From Phoronis australis (Eukaryota > Animalia > Phoronida): a stretch of DNA of 64,000 bases. Where the stretch lies: contig NMRA01000013.1 of NCBI GenBank assembly GCA_002633005.1, positions 826,374 to 890,373 on the forward strand. The letters are read 5' to 3'. The stretch's first letter is position 1. Every line of letters starts with the position of its first letter. The translations under genes were made by a program, and so were the position numbers. This document shows, in pieces, positions 13,539 through 25,600 of this stretch. Below the pieces are notes generated by a model. That model was given only the letters and a program-made list of their open reading frames with translations, was not told the origin of the DNA and did no database searches.

Positions 13539-13637
13539 TCAGTCCACGGTGGCCGTCAACTCTGACAGGGCTGGATAGAAAGCCAGAAGTAGGGCAAACA
13601 TCAGCGCCACCAATGGGACCATGGAGCAGATGGTTAT
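13539..13637 (-). CDS. SLMAP: SLMAP last coding exon, tail-anchor TM helix
   Basis: ttcag|[32 protein letters not shown]. Confidence 0.88.
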   Translation of the reverse strand: MTICSMVPLVALMFALLLAFYPALSELTATVD

Positions 13638-16600
13638 CTGAAATGCAAACAACAGACACGTTCAAACAAGAAGAGACACATTGGGAATTAAAGAGGAACA
13701 AAATATCCAGAACTCTATACTTAGTTGTTTGTCAATTGCGTCAATATTTAACTGTCTCTGAATGATTACAGCATATTGGACAACGAATCAACATTATTGC
13801 AAACAACTGAACACTGTCAGTTTCAATTAAAATGTCCATTTTTGAAATCTATAAAGGTGGAAATGCTTAATACTTGATTAGCACTAACTGAGAGACATCA
13901 CATGATTGTACACACTTCATTAGGTCACCAGTTTAAAATCTTACAAAGAAATACCCACAAGCATTTCAATATTTTTCCACTTACTCAGCAACAAAATATT
14001 GTTTTTACTGTTCAAAATACGAAAAATAAATACCAACCGAAACAATTTCTACTCCTTTGTTCCAAGAAATGCTCTTAGTGAATCAAGTTACGGACCAACA
14101 CAAGGTCATACCACTAAACTACCACAAACACACTCATTCCCCAAACGAAGATCACGTGACTGTCCCAAGTCCACCCACCGTCCGACTCCTATCCGCCAGC
14201 ACTGTATACTCCATGCCCATCTCGTCCAGGTCAGACTTAAGCAGCGTTATCTCCTCCTTACATTCGGCACATTTCTCTCGCCACGTCGTGATATCTTGGT
14301 TGGCGGTTTGCAGCTGTCAAAAATCAGTAAAAATTAATAATTAGTATATACACTAACCTTATATTCTGCAATGCATTCACCGATGATTTTCACTAGTTCG
14401 TTAAAGCTGATTTAGTCATGTACTTTATTTGTAGTACACGGCAATATCTTACCAAGACTTGTGAGAAAGTGGTTATGTCACGCTCATAGTAACTACTCCA
14501 TATTGGAGATGAATAATATGGCGGTGGTCTACTCCCTTGCACTAGCATGCTTTTCAAACACACAAAATTCAAAAACTTAATTTATTACAATCTAAAGCTC
14601 ATGCCACGGCATCTGAAAACCATACGTTATATTACATTCACAACATGCATTCTAAAACAGAGTTCAACTGCTGATTCTCCAGTTACAAATTTGACCTATC
14701 GTAATTTCCCCCACAAAGAAGTGGCAGAATCTTCTAGACTACCCCTCTGCCCAGTAAGGTGACGTCGCAGTTTATGTCCCTAATAGCGACCAGGCCTTCA
14801 TCAATAAGCTATGTTCAAAACAACAGCATTACAGCAGCACGTACATGCACATTCAGGCTTACACCCCCGTAAGCAACGCTACCCGGCTGTAAATAAGTGT
14901 AAACTTTGGCAGCACAATGTGGCTCTAATTTTACAAAACAGTACCTGTGGCAATGGCAATGGTTAGTGAAGTAAGACACTGCGCAACATGCTTTATGAAA
15001 TGGATCAACTGGCATAAACCGACAATTCTGTATTCTCAACAATCACTCTTGCAATTTTTTTATTTTTACAAATTATATTCAACATGCTGAGATGACCTTT
15101 TGCTTTCGGAACCCATGGAGTGTCTGGATTAAATGGGACAGTTGAATGGAACTTATTTGCATATGATTCTTTTTCATCCAGGACTGTTATAGTTGCCGGA
15201 GTAAAAAACAGCCAGCGTCCCTTTTAATTTTCCAACCTGCTGCTTGGTAATATCAGCTTCTTTCTGAGCGTCCGTCAAGTTGAGCCGCCACGCCTCTTCT
15301 TGACTCTCCAGCCTCTCTTTCAGTGCCTCCAGCTCATTGTACGACTCCTGCAGCCGACTGTAGTCAGAGGTCAACTGTGCATTCTCCTTCCGTGTCCTAC
15401 AATTGACATACAGCTAAGTGCATAACATACAGCACAGTGCATAACACACAGTACAGTGCATAACATACAGCACAGTGCATAACATACAGCACAGTGCATA
15501 ACATACAGCACATAGCATAACATAAACCTTGAGGTAATTGGCCAAACTTTTTTCCATGGAATTTTTTTCAAAAACGTAACCCAACGATTATATTGTGACT
15601 TTTGACCAACCCTGACCAGCTCTTTTAATACATTATTCAACACGCATCAATATGTAAGTAGCCGGGGACACCTTCACGAGACTGTAACCATGGAGGCAAA
15701 TTTTCAACTTTTTTGGCAGTTTTGAACATTAATTTATCTTTTACACAAAGGTCAATTCACACTAAAGTTAACTCGATTATTTTATAACCCACTGACTAGA
15801 GAAGCGAGTCTCAGATTTTTAATTTACCTTAAAACAACAGAGTCTTTCAATGTTGTACAAAAAGAAATTTGATTGCTCATATCTATGTAGTTTGATGGAA
15901 TATCGGGGCATTCCAATACAGGATAGATTAATGTTTCAAAATATCAAAGAAATTCTTTTTAAGAACACTCATTAAGGTTCGTGACTACTCACGTTTTCAT
16001 ATCAGCTTCCAAGTTTTGTATTCGTCTCCTGAGTCCAGCACATTCATTCTTTAATGCTACGAACTCGGCTGAAAAATGGAATGCGACAAAACTGAATGCT
16101 ATGCAAAACTCAACAGCCGTGCTAAGTACATGATCAATCAACTCTTTAGAGACATTTTTTCACGTGGCATTACATGCACGAGTGACCTCTTTTGGTTCCC
16201 AAGTAGTCTCTAGCGATTGGGAACCATCGTTACCAGAACTACAGCAAAAATTCTTCAATTTTGGACACAATTACTAAAATAACCACGAGATTTTCTACAT
16301 CGTAACAAATGCTGAAAAATTTACCATATCTTGTTCAGTGAAGCTACACAGTATACACACCATGCTCAAAACAATAGTTCTTTTCGTTCAAAATTTTGAT
16401 GAAATAAAAACTCACTTAATATATGCCGTATCATGCCCCAAAATGAAGAATTTGCACCGTAATGTCCATGAACAAGCAAAATTAGTACATACATCACAAG
16501 GAAAGGCCACATACGCTAAAGGGACAAACCGATTGCCAGCTATCCAAACACATCTTACATATTTATGAACACGGCTCACAGACATGGTAATTTAGTTCAA

Positions 16601-19600
16601 CGACTCACACACTTGTGCAGCACATACAAAACAAAGCTTATACACCCAAAAAGCATTGTTCAATGACTACCATCCCCTCACAAACAAGTGAGTAAGCAGG
16701 GAAGAGTCTATAAGTTGGGTTTGTGAGTGGACTTCATTTCGTGAGCCAAGTATTATGAGTGCCGGCACTAGCTTGAGTCAGTGAACTCAGTTTATAGGTC
16801 TATCAGCCGAGTTCATAGTTAAGGAACCATTTTCACTAGTGCATGAGCTGTGTTGTTTGGGTAGTCTGGATCAGACAACATTCAATTTTTATTAAGTAAA
16901 TCGGGGATCACAAATATTTAAAATAATTTCTCTTCACATTTTTAGTTGCGCAAAACAGTAAATAGCAAAAACCACAAATAACAAAAATCGCAACAAAATT
17001 AGCATCAAAAACAACAGAACAAGCTGGAAAAGAAAGACAATTTTTGTCATTTAACTCCATTCCAATAGGAGGCTTACAGTCAGTCTTTAATAGTTTATTG
17101 CGAGTCCACTCGTGGGCACAGACCTCCTGTGAGAGAATGCCTGCAAGAAACAGATACTTTACACTGTTAAGATACAAAAAGAAATAGATACTTTGCAATG
17201 TTAAGATATATACAGTAATATCAGACATTTTGCAATGTTAAGCACATAAAGAAATATCAGATACTTTACAATGTTAATACTTTGCATAGAGACAAGGACT
17301 TCAATGTAATAACAGAAATATATAAATGCCAGCAACTGACAACGACAATGGAATATGTAAAACATCTGAATGAACAAAGTAGTACAGATAAGATATAATT
17401 TCTCCGACAATGATAAATTAACATTATGCACAGGTTAAATATAACACCATCCAATAACCATTTAACGTATCTATAACAAAATATTACTTTAAACACAAGC
17501 CAACAAAATCCTGAAGCAAGTAATAATAATAAAAACCAACAGCACATGACACATTACGCTCAATTTCATCCAACTTATTGTTGAGGTTTCCACAGTGACA
17601 TCGCTCATCCTCGAGCTCAGCCGTTACCGAAACGAGCTGTTCTTTTGTTTGTTCGATACAACTGCTCTTTTGTTGAATTTCTTTGAGTGCTTGATCCAGT
17701 TCCAACTGTACATTATGGAGGGCAGCTGAAATGCCAATGGAAAATGGAAAAAAGTCAAGACATCTTTAATTCCCATGAAAGTAATTCCTTAAGACCAACA
17801 ACAACACTAACTTCTAATTCTGAGATAACAGTGAATTATTTCTTGAAGGCAATCATGTAGAATCATAGCAATTAGCGTCCCATTTTATAAAAGGTCATAG
17901 ATAAGATCTTATCCTACATTTTTTCCAACACAAAGTTTATGAAGATAATCGGTGAGTGACAACATGGTTTATGTTAGACTTTACCTTTGTTCTAATTTTG
18001 TTGTAGTTCAAAGAGCATAGTGAGATAGTATTCTTGTTCCAGCTTAACACAAATGATGCATTGATACACTACAACAATACACCAGAGAGTGAACAGTTTG
18101 TTTGCCCCTAAATATGATTGAACACCAATGTCTATCCAAACACTTACACTCCTGGTGGATAGACAAGAAACAAACCAGGTGTGAATTGGCATGCAGTGTA
18201 TCTCTTAAAAGTTGGCGAATGCTTGTTTTCTTTTTAGGGCTGTTCCAGCAAAATCTGTATGGGAGGGGGGGGAAGGCACTTTTATTTCGTACCCACCGCC
18301 CATATTTTTCATTTATTTCTCCAACCCATGACCCATAATTTTTTAATTATTTTTAATAGGTTAAAATATAAAATCCAACACTTGCAAACAAATTGCCTCC
18401 AGGAGGACCTGTTGAGAACTTAAATGATTGACAGACAAGAACTAGTTGTCTTGTCCAATATTGTCAAAAACTAAAGTAGCCTGTGAGCAATACTTTTGGC
18501 AGCCACCAGGTGTCTCTGTTCACCATGTGTCTAAAATTTCAATGAACATTTTTTCAATTATAAGGATCTATGAATCTCAAACTGTCTCCACGAACTCTTT
18601 TATACTTCTATCTCAAGTGAATATTGGAACTTGTTTAGCTTACTCCTCATACTTTTTATTTAAAAATCATCAATTTTCTTATATGTGTTAAAACCAGTTT
18701 TGTGTTGCATAACTTCAATTCAATAGGACTGCAGACAAACAGTTGACTCAAATCAAGTTGCCCATGACTTGTTTAATGGCTTAGTGAACATATAGCACTC
18801 TGTTCACTGGCAATATGGGCTCTTTTTTTATTGGGATCAACATTAACAGGTCAAAAAATACCATCTATTTTTAATGCATCACTTCTTACAGGAACGACCA
18901 CCCATAATTTGAGTTTTTTTCTGAAGACCACCACCCATGAATTTTTATTTCTGCTGCCGTCCCCCCCCTCCCACACGGATTTTACTGGAACAGCCCTTAC
19001 ACTTTTTCATTGGCTTTGGTTTGGAATTGAAACTTGACAAGACAGAAGAGAGCACCGTTTCCATGTAAAACATACACAAAATTCAGTTTAATTGGAATTT
19101 TATCTGTGTCATATTCGCCAAACTCGGGTCCAACAACCTAAATAAATTTCACAACTCCCTCCTGCATTGCTCAGTACGTTCAATAAGCAATCTGCTGACA
19201 TTGGGTTAAGTACTGTACATTGTGTCTGTGCCAGCTTGGCTAGGGTCGACTGCAGCTCCATCTTTCTTTCCTCCAGAGAGTTCTCAGTCAGTAATAAACT
19301 CTTAGCTGTGGTAGAGTGACTATCTCCTTCGGCCTCAAGATCCACTGCAAATAACACAACATAACCTGACAATACATTACAACACCGCCTAATTTTTACT
19401 GGAAACACTAACCAAGCAAAAGGGTACCCAACCATATTCAAGCTTGGTCAATGTTTTTCAATTATTTTATAACCTACCTCATTCAAGTTTGCACACTAAG
19501 CTCAAATGATCTTGCAAATTTTTCCAATTCGAACGGAGACGTCACTTCTCCAGCATAGAGGATATCACTCAGAAATGTCAGTGAACGATATGTTCAATCG

Positions 19601-22600
19601 GGAATAAGAAACTTATGATATCAATATTCAAGTTTTATACAACATACCGGTTTCAATCTTTACGTGCTACGAAAAAAAATGAGATATACAAAACATAAGA
19701 ATTAAACTTTGATATCTTTGAAGGAATTTCTTTAAGAATCAAAATTTCCTTCTAAACTGGTGAGTATTAAAATCCTAGAATATTAAAACCGTGCTTAATA
19801 TCAAGGCCAAAACTCGTTCTTACGTTCCAATTGGTTAATTTGTCTGAGCAAGGCATCGTTCTTACGTTCCAATTGGTTAATTTGTCTGAGCAAGGCATCG
19901 TTCTTACGTTCCAATTGGTTAATTTGTCTGAGCAAGGCATCGTTCTTACGTTCCAATTGGTTAATTTGTCTGAGCAAGGCATCGTTCTTACGTTCCAATT
20001 GGTTAATTTGTCTGAGCAAGGCATCGTTCTTACGTTCCAATTGGTTAATTTGTCTGAGCAAGGCATCGTTCTTACGTTCCAATTGGTTAATTTGTCTGAG
20101 CAAGGCATCGTTCTTACGTTCCAATTGGTTAATTTGTCTGAGCAAGGCATCGTTCTTACGTTCCAATTGGTTAATTTGTCTGAGCAAGGCATCGTTCTTA
20201 CGTTCCAATTGGTTAATTTGTCTGAGCAAGGCATCGTTCTTACGTTCCAATTGGTTAATTTGTCTGAGCAAGGCATCGTTCTTACGTTCCAATTGGTTAA
20301 TTTGTCTGAGCAAGGCATCGTTCTTACGTTCCAATTGGTTAATTTGTCTGAGCAAGGCATCGTTCTTACGTTCCAATTGGTTAATTTGTCTGAGNGTCTC
20401 ATTCACTGCTGCTGATTCTGCTCTAGCGTTGGACAGACACTCTTTAGTTTCACTATGAGCAGACTTCTCAACTTCCAGTCGTTCTGCAGTAAGAGAACAA
20501 ACACGATCACTACTAATGGCGTCAGGTCAAATGATCACTGACAACCACGGTTGTTATATGCAAAAAACTGAAAGGCAAACATGACCAAAACCAGAGGCTG
20601 CACAATGACAACAAAATAGCATTTGACCATCATGACACCTTATTTTGCAACAGCAAAAATGACTGAAAATTACTATTATGATGCCAAAACTCTAATTACC
20701 GAAAGGCTTAAGCCAACCTATAAACTTTCCAGTTAATTTCCCATAATTCTCGGTCATGAGGGAGGCCACTTTAGTTATGAATTCGACTTTCGCCTAGCAG
20801 TCATGACTGGGAATTCCAAGTAATCTTGTCTTTCAACTTTAAGCATACAATGTACAATAAACCATTTGTTTGATCTCCTAATGGACTCGACAGTTTTCCA
20901 ATTTCCAGACTTCCTACTTATTAACCAAAAGTTCAAGAAAAATTATTACTGTTCTGGAATGCCATCTATTGTATAATTAGCTATTGAGATACCTCTGATC
21001 TGTCACAAGCACACCTGGAGTTTGTTTATAAAAAGTGACTGAAGACTTCAATACTAATTTGTTCTTACACTCCCACTTCCCAGGTACAGATTACAGAATA
21101 AAGATATAGCAACGTAATTATTAGTACCATCAGTCTAGAAATAATGTGTAGAAATCATCTTAGTAACTAGTCATTATGAATATACTCTACGAGACTACAT
21201 TAAGAGAGATTCTATTATTTTTCAGAAATAGTTGTGTGGAGCGTAAGATCAAATTTCTTACTCAAGTCTCAAGTCACCTTTCATAGAACAGATCATAGAA
21301 CAGCAGAAGGAATGGAAACTGTAGTCCAGATTACATTCACTTGTTTATCATTTGTGACTGTTAAAGTTTCATGTACCGCAATTTCACAAAAACACCATTA
21401 AAAACACTGCCACTAACTATGAAAAATCCCAGACACAATTTTAAAGCATTTTTATCAAAGTTTTGATACAGAAAACTTGGTGAATGCTGTTGTAAGGACT
21501 TGACAGTGGCTAGAAACTTAGATATTTCAAGTAAAAGACATCATTTTAATTAGGGGTACACGTAACCTTAATGACATATGAGGGATTTCACTATCTAATG
21601 ATGCAACAGATGGCATTAGAGACCTGTCAGACAACTGTCAAACATCTTACTTTCAAACAGAGACAGTTTTGTAACCGCTATTTCATGATCCTCGGTGGCT
21701 CTCTCCACTTCCTTGGTAGACAACTCCAGTCGTTCCTTAGTCCTGGCATGGCAGGTTTGTTCTTCAGATAAAAGGGCTGAAAGTGGAACGCAAACTGAAC
21801 AGAGAAACTTGACTCAAGATTGAACAGAGTATAATCTAAGTTGATAGATAAATCTGAATTTTGATGACAGAAAATGGCGCAAACACTTAGCAGAAACAAA
21901 ATTTATTTGAAAATTCTGTTTGCACACATATTAAGTTGATGCCCTTGTCCCAGGAAATGCCATTTCACAGTATTTTTCTAGTTACAGAGGCTATCATTTT
22001 ACATTATCATATTCATTCAATCTAATTGTAAATCTAATCCAGCTAGAATGAACCAGTTTCAAGGGGTACTTCAAGAGAATTACATCCTCAAAATATACAG
22101 TAACTAAACTGTGGATGGTTAACTTCAATCACAACAACCAACAGACGTGCTAATCTCTATCAACCAGGGCTTGGAATGACCAATGGCGAAAAACGCAGAA
22201 ATTTTTACGGCCCGTAACATGCGTGCAACCAGCCTTGAAAAAGTCGGTGTGGACCTTTTGCCGACCAAAATCAAGGACTAAAAAAAAAGAAAAAGAAAAG
22301 AAAAAAAAACGGTACCACCTCCGGAAGCGTGCGTCTGCCTGTCTTAGCTCGTCTGCCACTCCCACCTCCAAACATTTTTTGGCTACAGAGTCGTAGTATT
22401 TGTCACCGCGGTTTACAGTCACACGAGCCGCCATGCCGCCATTGAGGAAATCCACCATGCTATCCCAGATGCCCCGGCAATGTTGACAATTTACGTTCCT
22501 CCGAAACATTAAGAGCAACTTCCGCTTTTCGAGGTGAAAGTCGGCGGCAACGCGGCGGTAAGAAAGACATTTGCCGCGGAAATTTTGTATCAAATCCGAT

Positions 22601-25600
22601 TTTTTTTACGCGGAAATATAATAAAATACGCGGAAAGAACACTTGAAAAAAGTGGAAATCCGCGTTTCCGCGGAAAATTCCAAGCCCTGATCAACCCATC
22701 CCAGACTTTGGTTCTACTTCGATTCGCTCCTGTCAACCACTTGAAGCCCATTCCTAACAGGAATTGGGTGCACATCGAGGATCATATCATGGCCACAAAG
22801 AGTCTCACAAAATGAGAAAAACATAAAGGGGAAATTGGTACATTACAAAAATATTTAAGTGAACAGACAGGGGGAGGGGGGGAACCGGGACTCCTTTGGA
22901 TCCGCACCTGGGGGTGGCCCCCATGATGAAAATTAATGATGAATGCATTTGTGACATTTAATTCTTTAAAGCAGGAACATTACCCAGAGACTAGCAAATG
23001 ATATATGAACATAAATGGACTAATTAACACACAACCCCCCAAAACATTTAACTGACACCAATTAAAAAGATTAGCCACAGATGGGACTTAAAAATAGATA
23101 AGTTTTCCACCCCAGTCATTGACTGCATTCCATACATTGGGTAGCCATGACAATGCAAATCTGCCAAGTTCAAACTGTGCGGTGTTTACCTTTGATGAAC
23201 AACTCTCAAACTCCTTACCTTGAGCGGTAGCCAGATTAGTCATGGCCGCCACCAGTTCATCATTCAAGTCGTCAACAACAGCAGAGACATTCTTCAGTTG
23301 GATCTGAGTGTCACAGTGACTTGATGTCTCCTCTTCCAACAGAGCTGTTGATACAAACAGCCACAAGTTCAGTCAATAGGGGTACACTAACATTGAGAAA
23401 TCTAGTCTATTACACAATGGTAATGGTGATTATTTTGGGCATTTACTTACCTGCAGTTTTCCTTCAAAAATCAATATTCTGGTATAGCTGTGGACACGTT
23501 CAGCAGCAGTCATTTCACTAGTGCATGCTAGCTAGACAGGTCATGTGATCTTGTATCGCTTTCGTAAGATTTTGTGAGATCTCGCCTAACTCAATTCATA
23601 AGATACTAGACTTACTAATTAAAAGAATTATACAGCTGCGATATCTTCACACTTCTCAAATGCTTTTCAATTTGTTTCCAAGACATCAAACAGCAGCTAA
23701 AGTAGTGCTTATGCAGGACACACACTAGAGAGATTTGCTCAGCAATCCAATTCCCTAAATCCGTAACTGAGGTGTGCACAGAGTACTCCCTCGAAGTGTT
23801 GAGGAGAATAACCAATGCGCCAATACCAAATATAGGTTCACAGGCCCAACACGTGGAAAATTTATGTATATCTGCCCATGAGCCTACTTTTGGAGTATTA
23901 ATTATCATTTAACAAGGTTTGCTGGGCTTCCCAAACTGAACGGCATAATAGGAAAGTAATAGACAAGTCTACTCTGTTGCACTATTTCATAAGATCAGTA
24001 CTATGTACCTGAAAACAAATGGTTCAGTCCAACACCCCAATTTCACTAATAAGCGAGGAAGGCACATACACAAAAAATTGCAGAATCCGACAGTTGTCCT
24101 AAAGCAGAATTTTGACAAACCCACTTACTTTCCGAGTCAGACAGTTGAATGTTCAAATTATCCAATTCAGCTTTTACTCTTTCATATTCCGCTCTGACAC
24201 AGCTTAACTGGAGCTGCGAGTTGTTGTTGGCAGTTCTTTCATCTTGCAACAAAGCTGAAACAACCACAGACAAAGCTGGCAGTCAAAGACTCAACATGCA
24301 AACTTTAATCATGGGTAAAAAAGATTATCAAACACAGTGATTTTCCAAACAATTGTTGGAATATCACATTTTTAATTATAGGTAAATTCACTGCTGGTGA
24401 AAGGCAGAGACTGGAATGCTGTCTAAGGTGTTAATACGACTTCAGCATCTAGTCAGGTGTAGATGTACAAACATGCTACATTTAAACGGGCACTTGACTA
24501 TTGAGTATTTTAACGTATATTAGTGAGAAGTAGCAAAAAATCTGACAGGAACTTTTGTATTGAAAAAGTTCAAGAAAAAGGCCCAGAATGGCATTTCAAA
24601 TTATGAATGCAGTAAGCATGCAAGATACGGACAAACTGCAAATAAAAACACATAAAAGTGACAAAATTGGTAAAGGTATAAAACATTTTAAAAACACCAT
24701 ATATTTCAGGCCCAAAACCCTCTACAGTGGTGGGTAAAACCACTGTGGAAGGGATGGAGCCTAAAACGTATGGTGTTTTTTAAAGGGTTTTAATTTATAC
24801 CATTATGTAGCAGATTTATTGTATGTGCGTGTTTTTATTCTCATTTCGTCTGAAATTTGTGTATAATCTCAGTGTACTATGATTGCCAAGCAAACTATTC
24901 ACTGTAATAAACATATTTCCAAAATATGTCAACGAACAAAACTTGAAGAGTTTTAAAGGTAAACAATAATTGAAACACAAAGTTATCCAAAACCATTACT
25001 TTCCAACTCCAGAATTCTTTTCCTGGTCATGTCTAGTTGGGCTCTCACATCGTAAAGCCAAGCTATTAGAATACAAAAATCACGGCTTGTAACACATTGA
25101 TACCATTACAGATGTCTATGTTTCTCATTGTATCATTATGATACAGGCAGGGAGACTTTTGCTTTACAGTTGGCTTTTGCCCAAATCATTACCAGGACGG
25201 CAAACAAAAACAAGAAAGTAGGTTCAAATTTGAACAAAAAACAAAGTGTTGTTTGATAATGAAGATTCCCGAAAATCACACAAACTGTGTTGTTGTTTTT
25301 TTCAAAAAATCAATGATGCCCAAAGACAAAAAACACCCCGATTCTGAAAGAGAGGAGCTCATATCAACATAGTATGAATCAGATTTCCTGATATACCCTA
25401 CCAAATATTTTTCATTTAGCCTTAATAAACGCCCACCTTCAACTTAAAAGCCCACATGGAATTTTCAACAGGTTACACACATTCTATTGTACTCAGCTTC
25501 GTGCCCACCACCAAATTTTCGTGTTCTCCAATTTACGTGCCCAGGGCTTTTCAACGGACTAGTTTGGTAAACAAGCCAAACAAAACTAGACTCGTAAGTT

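Noticed and set aside
19814-20394. Possible CRISPR array
   Set aside because: Identical head-to-tail units with no spacers, eukaryotic intron context, no cas genes.
19767-20415. Three long ORFs (211, 201, 194 aa) over the 42-bp array as independent genes
   Set aside because: They result from a stop-free 42-nt repeat; only the minus frame continuing the SLMAP exon is meaningful.
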